This document shows positions 20,782 through 28,913 of a stretch of 64,000 nucleotides of DNA, piece by piece (position 1 is the stretch's first letter; the number at the start of each line of letters is the position of its first letter). Made by a program: the position numbers and the translations under genes. The notes beneath the pieces were generated by a model, which was not told the DNA's origin, searched no databases, and was given only the letters and a program-made list of their open reading frames with translations. Source of the stretch: an uncultured delta proteobacterium (GTDB taxonomy: Bacteria > Desulfobacterota > Binatia > Binatales > Binataceae); contig CAWJET010000001.1 in the NCBI GenBank assembly GCA_963842085.1, forward strand, positions 2,400,001 to 2,464,000, given 5' to 3'.

Positions 20782-21396
20782 TTAAGCCTTGCCCGCTCCG
20801 GCCGCCAGTTCGTGCTCGACCAGCGGCAGCCGGTCGTTGCCAAAGAACATCGATCCCTCGACGAACATCGTCGGCGAGCCAAAACCGCCGCGCGCGATCA
20901 ACTCCTCGACGTTCGCGCGCAGCTTGCCCTTGTATTCCTCGGACGCGATCTTGGCGAAGAATTCTTTTTCGTCGAGGCCGGCTTCGCGCACGATTTCGCG
21001 CAGCACCTCGTCCTTGCTGATGTCCTTGTCGTCGCCCCAGTAGCTCTCGAACACGAGCCTCGAATAACGCGCGATTACCCGATGCTCGTCGGCGACGAAC
21101 GCCCCGCGCATCGCCTTGACGGAGTTGACCGGAAACACCGCGGGGTTGCCGATTTTGAGACCGTAGAACCGCGCCCAGTCGCGCAGATCCTTGACGTAGT
21201 ATTTTGCCTTGACCGGAACCGGCTTGGCGCGGCTTTCGTAGACCGAAGGATTGACCGTATTGAACAGCCCGCCCACCAGGATCGGCCGCCAGATCAGGTC
21301 CGCCCCGTGGCGCCGCGCGACGTCCTCGATCTTGGTGAACGCCAGGTATGTCCACGGGCTCGAGCAGTCGTAGAAAAATTCGAGTCGCTTCGGCAT
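20782..21396 (-). CDS. 2-hydroxychromene-2-carboxylate isomerase / DsbA (kappa-GST) family
   Basis: FFYDCSSPWTY, GGFGSPTMFV, FFGNDRL. Confidence 0.9.
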   Translation of the reverse strand: MPKRLEFFYDCSSPWTYLAFTKIEDVARRHGADLIWRPILVGGLFNTVNPSVYESRAKPVPVKAKYYVKDLRDWARFYGLKIGNPAVFPVNSVKAMRGAFVADEHRVIARYSRLVFESYWGDDKDISKDEVLREIVREAGLDEKEFFAKIASEEYKGKLRANVEELIARGGFGSPTMFVEGSMFFGNDRLPLVEHELAAGAGKA

Positions 21397-21430
21397 GGTC
21401 CGATTCCTTTTCTCACATTATCTCAGTCAA

Positions 21431-22393
21431 TCACTTCTGCGCACTCTCGACGCCATCTTTGCCATCGATCTTTATCAAGTCCGCCCGCACGTACCCGATG
21501 AACGCCTGCGCCTCGATCCGCAGCGGCAGATGGCGCTGATCGGCCGAGATCCACAACACCGTCCCGCGCGCCTCGCTGCGCAACTCGCCGTCGCTGACGT
21601 ACCAGACATCGGGCACGACGCGCCACGCGTCGAAGTCGCCCGTCGCGAGGTGAATCTTCTCGCGCTGCTCGACCTCGAACGCGAAAACATAGCGCTGGCT
21701 GCCGCTGAACACGTCGAACGCATAGGTCTTGCCCGGCTCGAAATCCTGCGTCAGCGCCATCATCGCGCCCGATATCGGCCCCCACGGATCCGACGCGATG
21801 TATTCCTTGCTCTGCGTCCCCTTGTGATTCTTCCTGGTCATCGTGACGATCTCCGCGGGCCGATCGATCTTCACCTCGTAGTAATTGAGCCGGGATTTCT
21901 CGTGCTGGACCAGGTAAACGCCGCTGCTGTGGAGCGTGTCATCGGCCATGCTCTCGCGCATGTAGTCGCGCATCTTGTAAAACAGGTCAGCGAAGGGGTT
22001 GGTCTCGATCCAGATTTCGCCGAGCCATCGCGGAGGATCCTTTTGCTGTTTGTGGAACTCGATACGCGCCTGCGCCGCCGGAATCCCGAGCCACGACGCC
22101 TGGTAGACCAACTGCTCGCCGTCGTGAAACGGTATCGGCCCGGGTTTGTATGCCGGCACCTTCGCCTTGATCTCGGGCGGCAGCGCCATCGGGGTCGGCG
22201 CCGGAGTCGGCAAATGGCGATGCTTGTGCAGGCGCGCGGGCCGCTCCGAATCCGACGCGCCCGATGCCACTCTCGGCGCGGCGATAGCACTCGCAATCAG
22301 TATCAGCGCCGCGATTACGACGCTGGCCAGCGCATCGCGGCACACTTTCACGCGTCTCGTCCGGGCGGCGCGGTTCCTTGCAATGTCCCTCAT
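21431..22393 (-). CDS. DUF3108-like exported protein (start uncertain)
   Basis: Signal-like hydrophobic stretch, GEQLVYQASWLGI, WISADQRHLPLRI. Confidence 0.75.
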   Translation of the reverse strand: MRDIARNRAARTRRVKVCRDALASVVIAALILIASAIAAPRVASGASDSERPARLHKHRHLPTPAPTPMALPPEIKAKVPAYKPGPIPFHDGEQLVYQASWLGIPAAQARIEFHKQQKDPPRWLGEIWIETNPFADLFYKMRDYMRESMADDTLHSSGVYLVQHEKSRLNYYEVKIDRPAEIVTMTRKNHKGTQSKEYIASDPWGPISGAMMALTQDFEPGKTYAFDVFSGSQRYVFAFEVEQREKIHLATGDFDAWRVVPDVWYVSDGELRSEARGTVLWISADQRHLPLRIEAQAFIGYVRADLIKIDGKDGVESAQK

Positions 22394-22432
22394 GATCGCC
22401 AATAATTCTGGCCGATTGCGGAGGTGCGCGAA

Positions 22433-23221
22433 ATGACTATCACGCGAAATTTATTTTCTGCCTTCGCGCTTGGCGTCGCGCTTGCCGTACCACACCTCGC
22501 CTTTGCGCAGTATGGCGGCCAGGGATTGGGCAGTGCGCTCAGTGCCAACCCGATGTCGCATCAGGAAGCTACGAAAGCCGGCGTCGACGACATAGCCAGT
22601 CACGCGCAGCAGGAAACGCCGTTCAAAATCATCAAAGACGTAAAACTCGGCCTCAAGGACGCCGACCCCAACGTACGCGTCTCCGAGCTGGAAAAGCTCC
22701 GCAACCTCCAGGATCCGGAAGTCAATCAGATCCTGATGAACTCGCTGTCCGACCCCGACGTGCGCGTCAAAATAAAGGCGGTCGATATCCTCGGCGCGCG
22801 TGAAGCCAATGAGGCCGTGCCGCCAATGTCCTCGATGCTGTTCCTGCGTTCCACCGAGCCCATCGTCAAGCTCCATCTGGTTGCGGCACTGGGCAGGATT
22901 GGCGATGCGCAGGGCGTGCTGCCGGTCATGCAGTATCTCGGCGAAGATCAGGATGAGCGCGCTCGCGGCACCGCCGTCTTCGCCCTGGGCGAAATCGGAA
23001 GCGACAAGGCCGTGCCGCTGCTCAACAAGGTCGTGGCCGAGGATGAGAGCCCGATGGTCCGGCGACTCGCGAAAGAAGCGCTGGAAAAGGTCAGCGGCGA
23101 ATTGCCGACCGAGCGGGCGAAGACGATGGCCGCGAATACGAGCAAGGCCGACGAGCCCACCGATCAGAAGCTCGCCAAGCTGCGCGAGATGGACAAGAAG
23201 ATGCAGGACATGGAGCGCTGA
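22433..23221 (+). CDS. exported HEAT-repeat protein
   Basis: GGAGG SD, signal peptide (AFA/Q), D.DPNVR and AALGRIG repeats. Confidence 0.85.
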   Translation: MTITRNLFSAFALGVALAVPHLAFAQYGGQGLGSALSANPMSHQEATKAGVDDIASHAQQETPFKIIKDVKLGLKDADPNVRVSELEKLRNLQDPEVNQILMNSLSDPDVRVKIKAVDILGAREANEAVPPMSSMLFLRSTEPIVKLHLVAALGRIGDAQGVLPVMQYLGEDQDERARGTAVFALGEIGSDKAVPLLNKVVAEDESPMVRRLAKEALEKVSGELPTERAKTMAANTSKADEPTDQKLAKLREMDKKMQDMER

Positions 23222-23226
23222 GCGCT

Positions 23227-23279
23227 CCCTCTGATCCCCGCCCGTTGATTCAGGCGAGAGGTGAGGTGAGGGTTCTGCG
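23227..23279 (+). repeat. repeat family A, solitary degenerate copy
   Basis: ctctgatCCCCGCCCGTTgattcAGGCGAGAGGTGAGGTGAGGGTTCTGCG aligns with the DUF559 IR; lies between convergent genes. Confidence 0.8.
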
Positions 23280-23311
23280 CTGCATGAGCAATCTCCGCGC
23301 GATTCTTCTAC

Positions 23312-24943
23312 TTATCTCCTTCCGATCCACTCGCCCGCCATCACGCCATCGCCGCACCACTTCCCGTCCGCGACCACCGCGGTTCCATTGACCATCACGT
23401 GCTCGATTCCGACCGGCGTCACCGTCGGCGTTTGCGCATCGGCGGCGCAGCCGATCGTATCCGGATTGAATATCACCAGGTCCGCTGCGTAGCCCGGACG
23501 CACCAGGCCGCGCCCGCCGAGCCGCATCCGCTCCGCCGCCATGCCCGTCGCCTTGTGCACCGCGTCTTCGAGCGTCAGCAGTTTCAACTCGCGCACGTAA
23601 TGCCCCAGGATTCGCGGGTAGGTGCCGAAGCTCGCGGGATTGTGATGCCCATGCGAGGTCAGGATCGTGTCCATTTCGAACATGTTCAGCGGATGTTTCA
23701 TCGCCTCCCGCAGCGCATGCTCGTCGCCGAAGTCGTCGCCGCTGTATAGATGGTTCAGCACGCGCGCCCGCGTCCCGCTCTCACGCGTAATCGTCAGGTA
23801 CGCGTCGATCGGATCGAGTTTCAGCTCATCGGCGATCTGCCCGAAGAACTTGCCCTCGAGATGACTGAGTTCGGGCTTGACCGCCCACATGAGCTGAACC
23901 GAGTCGGCAATAAACGGCCGGAGCGGCTCGAATCCGTCGCGCAATTTCTTCCATTCTTCCGGTGACTCGAGCAGACCTTCGAGTCCGGTCTGCGCCCAAG
24001 CGGGAAAAATAACCCGAATCGTCGTGTTGCCGCAGGTGTAGGGGAAAGTGTCGAACGCGATATCGACGCCGTCGCTTTTGTGACGCTCGACTTCGGCGAT
24101 CGTGTCTTCGACCGTCGCCCAGGTCTGCGGGCCAACAAAAATCAGATGCGAGACTTGCAGCGGTACGTCCGCCTCGCGCGCGACGTTGGCCATCTCGCGC
24201 ACGGCCAGGATGTTGTGTGGAACCACCCTGGTGTCGAAGAACAACGAGCGCACCGAGTATGCGCGCAGATGCGAGGTCAACACGCCGCCCGCCGCTGCCG
24301 CCACGCGAGCCAGCGCCGCCAGCTCGGCCGGCTTCGCGATCATTCCGGGAAAATAGCCGAGCCCACACGACAGTCCGACCGCGCCATCGGCCATTGCCCG
24401 CTCGACCATCGCCTGCATCGCGCGCAACTGCTCCGCCGACGGCTCGCGCGCGTCCGAACCCATCACGCTCAAGCGAATGCTGCCGTGGCCCGCCAGATGC
24501 GCGACGTTGAGCGCGAGTCCGCGGCGCTTCAGATAGGCGGCGAAGCCCGCCACGTCGTCCCATTCCCAATCGAACGTCCGCTCGGCGCATAGCCGTCCCG
24601 ACTCGTCGAGCATCCGCCGCCGCTCGCGCATAACAGGCGCTACCGAGAAGCCGCAATTGCCGCCGACAAACGTCGTCACGCCTTGCAGCAGAAACGGTTT
24701 AAGGATTTGCCCGTGCTCGGCCATCGGCAGGACCCAGTCGGAATGCGAATGCATATCGATGAAGCCCGGCGCCACTGCGAGGCCGCTCGCATCGATCTCA
24801 TGCGCGGCGAACGCGCTGGCGACGTCACCCGGATCGATCAGCGCGGCTATTTTGCGGTCCTTGATCGCGACGTCGGCGCGAAAGCGCGGCGCGCCGCTGC
24901 CATCGACCACGATGCCATTACGAACGACTACGTCATATTCCAT
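23312..24943 (-). CDS. N-acyl-D-amino-acid deacylase / amidohydrolase
   Basis: DGSG, PGFIDMHSHSD, GNCG, GTYPRILG, GYAADLVIF. Confidence 0.9.
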   Translation of the reverse strand: MEYDVVVRNGIVVDGSGAPRFRADVAIKDRKIAALIDPGDVASAFAAHEIDASGLAVAPGFIDMHSHSDWVLPMAEHGQILKPFLLQGVTTFVGGNCGFSVAPVMRERRRMLDESGRLCAERTFDWEWDDVAGFAAYLKRRGLALNVAHLAGHGSIRLSVMGSDAREPSAEQLRAMQAMVERAMADGAVGLSCGLGYFPGMIAKPAELAALARVAAAAGGVLTSHLRAYSVRSLFFDTRVVPHNILAVREMANVAREADVPLQVSHLIFVGPQTWATVEDTIAEVERHKSDGVDIAFDTFPYTCGNTTIRVIFPAWAQTGLEGLLESPEEWKKLRDGFEPLRPFIADSVQLMWAVKPELSHLEGKFFGQIADELKLDPIDAYLTITRESGTRARVLNHLYSGDDFGDEHALREAMKHPLNMFEMDTILTSHGHHNPASFGTYPRILGHYVRELKLLTLEDAVHKATGMAAERMRLGGRGLVRPGYAADLVIFNPDTIGCAADAQTPTVTPVGIEHVMVNGTAVVADGKWCGDGVMAGEWIGRR

Positions 24944-24999
24944 GAACGCGATTATTCGCGCCTGGCAACACTCAGCGCAAACGTGCGCTCCCGCCCTTT

Positions 25000-26301
25000 T
25001 TACGCTCTGATCAAGCCATCGACGTGGCCGCTGGAGCGCGGGCGTCCCGGGAATACTCGATCGATCTGCGCGTCTGAAAACTGCATGTGCGAGCGCAGCA
25101 CCGTCGCGATCGGCTCGCGAAAGTCGGTGGTCACCGCCAGGTCGCGCTCCTGGTAAAGGCTCCCCGGTGAAAGGCCCGGCCACTTGCCGTAAACCTTGCC
25201 GCCTTTCACCGGCCCGCCCATCACCCACATGACGTTGCCGTGCCCGTGATCGGTGCCGCCGTTGCCGTTTTCATGCATCGTGCGCCCGAACTCCGAGATC
25301 ACCAGAATGACGGTTTCCTGATAGTTTGGCCCGAGCTGACTGGCGAAGCTTGCCAGCCCCTCGCCGAGCGGCTTGAGATGGCCCGCGAGCTGGCCGTTGG
25401 CCGCGCCTTCGCTGACGTGCGTGTCCCAGCCGCCGAGCGCCATGAACGCGACTCGAATCGTGGGATCGCGGCCGATCAGGCGCGCCAGCCTGTCCGTGTC
25501 GTCGGAGAATCCATTGGGCGAGGGCGCTCCGGCATCGGCCTCCGTCATATCCTGCTTCAGTTCGCTCATCAGCCGCATGCGTGCCTGGCGTCCATCGCGA
25601 TACGCGCGGCTGATTGAATCGCTGCCGGTGTACATCCGATCGAATGCCGCTTCGATCACCGGTCGGTCCATCGGCATCGGCCGCTCCGCCGCTCGCCCAA
25701 GCGCGATATTCGCGACCGGCATCCTGCCGCTCAGAATCCGCGGCACCGTCGGGCCGAGACTGAGCGCTTCGGTCGGGCTATGCGTCCCCGGAATTACTCC
25801 GAGCGTCCGATTCAGCCATCCGTCCTGCGTTGACTTGACGCCGGGCGTGCCGCTCTCCATGAAATCCTGCGCGTCGAAATGCGATCGCGTCGGATCCGGC
25901 GAACCGCAGGCATGCACGAACGCCAGCGTGCCATCTCGCCATTGGCGCTCCATCGGCGCGAGCGCAGGATGCAGACCGAAATAGCCGTCGAGATCGACCA
26001 GCCCGTCGCTCGCGCCCATGCGCCCGATCGCGATTGTCGGGCGCGCATCGTAGTACGCCGGCTCGCCATGCGGTACCACCACGTTCAGGCCGTCAACCGC
26101 GCCGCGCAGGAAAACCACGATCAGCCTGCCCTTGCTACTTGAGTCGAGCGAACGCGCCGCCCACGCATTTGGGCTCAGCAGCACGATGCCCGACGCCGAC
26201 AGAAGAGCCGCGCGCCGCAAAAACGCCCGCCGGCTGAGCGAAGTTGCGAGTGCCGGACTGCACTCCGTACACGCGTTATTTTCCTGAAGAAATTTTTCCA
26301 T
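25000..26301 (-). CDS. DUF1501 protein with Tat signal
   Basis: SRRAFL, LRGAVDGL, TRSHFDAQD, GGWDTH, SEFGR, GTDHG. Confidence 0.9.
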   Translation of the reverse strand: MEKFLQENNACTECSPALATSLSRRAFLRRAALLSASGIVLLSPNAWAARSLDSSSKGRLIVVFLRGAVDGLNVVVPHGEPAYYDARPTIAIGRMGASDGLVDLDGYFGLHPALAPMERQWRDGTLAFVHACGSPDPTRSHFDAQDFMESGTPGVKSTQDGWLNRTLGVIPGTHSPTEALSLGPTVPRILSGRMPVANIALGRAAERPMPMDRPVIEAAFDRMYTGSDSISRAYRDGRQARMRLMSELKQDMTEADAGAPSPNGFSDDTDRLARLIGRDPTIRVAFMALGGWDTHVSEGAANGQLAGHLKPLGEGLASFASQLGPNYQETVILVISEFGRTMHENGNGGTDHGHGNVMWVMGGPVKGGKVYGKWPGLSPGSLYQERDLAVTTDFREPIATVLRSHMQFSDAQIDRVFPGRPRSSGHVDGLIRA

Positions 26302-26310
26302 CGTAAGCTC

Positions 26311-28029
26311 TCAGCGCTTCATGAACTCGGGACTGCCGAGTATCAGCGGCGCGCGCAGTTGCGTTGGCGACGCCTCCACAGCGTTGGCCGTCGCGGTTGA
26401 AAAATAATCGCCAAGCGTCGCCGCGAGCTGCGCGGGATCGGGCGGCGTCATCTTCGGTCCGCGTGGCCCGGGGTCGAACTTGATATTCACTTTGCCGACG
26501 CCATTTTTCAGGACTGCCGCCGGCTCGCGCCGTCTCTCGCCAGCGGCCGCGTCTTCTTCGAACGGCGGATTTTCCAGCGGCAGATTCCCCGAGCCCAGCG
26601 CGGTCGCGAAGCTGAGCCGCGTCATCATCGCGTCCGGATTCAGCCACGCAACCTGCGTGTTGGCGTAGCCGTTGGGCGTTTGACATGCATACAGCGGCAT
26701 CCCAAGAATCTGCATCGTGCCGTACAGCGGCCGGTAATTGCGCACCGGCACGCCGGTCGCGCGCACGCACGAAACCACGTACTCGTAAGGCGTTTTGAAC
26801 TTGGCGCCGTAGTAGCGCGGGTCCCAGAATTCCGCGCTCGTGAACATCGTCTCGAGCACCGCGCGAGTCTCGCCGTCGCTGGCCAGGTAGCGCTGCGCCA
26901 TCCGCTGCACCAGCGCTTTGGGTGGATCGTCGGCGACGAAGTATTGCGCCAGCTTGAAGCTGAGATGCTTCGCTGTGGCGGGACTGCGCGCCAGGATGTC
27001 AAGCGCATGCTCGCCTTCCGCCATTCCGCCGCCCTCGATCTGGCGGCCCAGAAAAGTTTTTTCAGAAAAGTCGTGGCGCGAGGCGTCGAAATAAAATCCG
27101 CTCGGGTCCGCCGGCCGAATGAGGTTTTGCCGGCGTTGCATCATCATTCGCCGCATCGGAAAAAATCCGCCCATTTCGGCGCCCGGCATGCCTTCGACGC
27201 CGGGCCTGCGATTCCCACCGCCACCGCCGTTGCCCTTGGGCAGTCCCCATCCGGTCAGAATATGCGCGAGCGCGATTACGTCGGCTTGATGGTAGCCGCC
27301 GTTGACGCCCAGCGTATGCAGCTCCATCAGCTCGCGCGCGTAGTTCTCGTTTATTCCCTCGAACCTGCCCTTCGAGCCGGGGCTGCCAGGCGCGGTGTTC
27401 AGCCAGTTGTCGAGGTAGAAGAGCATCGCCGGATGATGCGCCGTCGCGCCCAGCAGCGTGCGGAACTTGCCGAACGTATGCGGCCGAATCGCAGTTTCCT
27501 CGAACGCACCCGTCCAGATCAGGTCGAGGCCTTTGCCGGCGAAAACATTGAAGTGGTTGAACCAGAACGCGGTCATCACTTCCTGCAACTGACGCGGCCC
27601 TGCGATCGCGCGCAACATCCGGGCCTCGACCGCCTCGCGCATCACGACGCGCTGCCGGATTCGCGCGTCCTTGGTCGCGTCTTTTATCGCCGACTTGTCG
27701 CCACCGCTCGCGGCCTTGGCTTCCCGGCGCGCCTGCATGATCGGCCGCTGATATTCCATGAACAGCGCGAGCGGCGACATGTGCAGCGTGCGATATTCGC
27801 TCACGCGCTTGATCAGGTCGCCGGGAATCGCAATCGACTCGGGGTGCAACTGCTCCTGCACGTAGCGTTCGGGTCCAATCGCGCTGACCCGCTCGAAGTC
27901 GCCGGGCCGCGGCCCGAACGCGAGCCGGTTAAGCACGTGCAGTGTCCGGTCTCGCTTTGATTCTTCGCTCGATTCCAGCACGGCTGTATCTCGTCTATCT
28001 AGTACGAACCCGCCAGCCAGCGGATTCAC
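26311..28029 (-). CDS. DUF1800 protein (start uncertain)
   Basis: LNRLAFG, FWFNHFNV, PAMLFYLDN, NENYARELMELHTLG, LGSPEF. Confidence 0.88.
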   Translation of the reverse strand: MNPLAGGFVLDRRDTAVLESSEESKRDRTLHVLNRLAFGPRPGDFERVSAIGPERYVQEQLHPESIAIPGDLIKRVSEYRTLHMSPLALFMEYQRPIMQARREAKAASGGDKSAIKDATKDARIRQRVVMREAVEARMLRAIAGPRQLQEVMTAFWFNHFNVFAGKGLDLIWTGAFEETAIRPHTFGKFRTLLGATAHHPAMLFYLDNWLNTAPGSPGSKGRFEGINENYARELMELHTLGVNGGYHQADVIALAHILTGWGLPKGNGGGGGNRRPGVEGMPGAEMGGFFPMRRMMMQRRQNLIRPADPSGFYFDASRHDFSEKTFLGRQIEGGGMAEGEHALDILARSPATAKHLSFKLAQYFVADDPPKALVQRMAQRYLASDGETRAVLETMFTSAEFWDPRYYGAKFKTPYEYVVSCVRATGVPVRNYRPLYGTMQILGMPLYACQTPNGYANTQVAWLNPDAMMTRLSFATALGSGNLPLENPPFEEDAAAGERRREPAAVLKNGVGKVNIKFDPGPRGPKMTPPDPAQLAATLGDYFSTATANAVEASPTQLRAPLILGSPEFMKR

Positions 28030-28058
28030 ACTATTAGACGTAGCCGGAGCCGCCCCGT

Positions 28059-28511
28059 TTACCTGGACGCGCGCCCCCATGCCTCGATCAGCCGCTCGAA
28101 TGCCTTCCGCAGCTCGGGATCCTTCAACTCCGGCAGCTCGATCGATTTCCGCGCAGCCCGCGCCACCGTGCGCAATTTCGGCTTTAGTTGCTCGCGCCGG
28201 CTTAGTCGCCCCTGCACGAATCGCAGCTCGCGCACGACGTCGTCGCCCAGCCGCTCTTGCACGCGCGTCAGAATTTGCGACTTCATCAGGTTCAGTTCTT
28301 GTATCCACATCGCGCCCGACACTTTCACGACCGCGGTGTGGAATTTCAGCGAGACGATTTCCGTGCGCCGCGCGATCGTCTCGCCGACGATCTCCGGCCA
28401 TGCTTTCGCCAGCCGCACGATCGCGAAATGACCTTCGCGGTCGATCCGATCGAGCAGCGGCTGCATCGCCGCGCCGATCTGTTCTGGAGCCTTATGGCGT
28501 CGCGTCGGCAT
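28059..28511 (-). CDS. dciA: DciA/DUF721 helicase-loader family protein
   Basis: WPEIVGETIARRT, WIQELNLMKSQIL, VRELRF pattern. Confidence 0.8.
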   Translation of the reverse strand: MPTRRHKAPEQIGAAMQPLLDRIDREGHFAIVRLAKAWPEIVGETIARRTEIVSLKFHTAVVKVSGAMWIQELNLMKSQILTRVQERLGDDVVRELRFVQGRLSRREQLKPKLRTVARAARKSIELPELKDPELRKAFERLIEAWGRASR

Positions 28512-28677
28512 CGGCGCTCCACGATAGCGCCGGCACCGTCGCAGGCATACCGACTGAATGGTCAGTGACTTTCGCCGCTCCAACCGCGGTTACAATTTCG
28601 ATTAGCATGGCTAATTTAAGATCATCGGTCATTCACAAGTATTAATGAAAGCGAAGATTTACCAAAAGTTATCAACA

Positions 28678-28725
28678 ACCTAATATATGGGTTGTGAACA
28701 GATTGTCCTACACTACCTGTAGGGG
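28678..28725 (+). promoter_or_regulatory. tandem NrdR boxes
   Basis: ACCTAATATATGGGTT (28678) and ACACTACCTGTAGGGG (28710), starts 32 bp apart, upstream of nrdJ; resemble acaCwAtATaTwGtgt. Confidence 0.75.
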
Positions 28726-28733
28726 GTCGGGGC

Positions 28734-28763
28734 TTGACAGCCCGCACGGGCCGCGCGCATATT
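28734..28763 (+). promoter_or_regulatory. putative sigma70 promoter of nrdJ
   Basis: TTGACA-N18-CATATT just downstream of the NrdR boxes. Confidence 0.55.
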
Positions 28764-28913
28764 GTCGCCCACGACGCACTTGGCAATCACTAGATTGCGC
28801 TGGAGCCATGGCAGCGGCTACGACGACGCTACGGAAACTGAATGCGGGCTTAATGCGCATGTAACTGAGGTGGGGAGGATGCGGTGATGGGTGGGGGAGC
28901 GATAGATTTGGAG

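Noticed and set aside
28590-28740. Replication origin
   Set aside because: Only imperfect DnaA-like boxes, no clear unwinding repeats, and no dnaA or dnaN nearby.
28765-28913. Cobalamin riboswitch in the nrdJ leader
   Set aside because: No GGGAA core or B12-box seen; NrdR boxes account for regulation.
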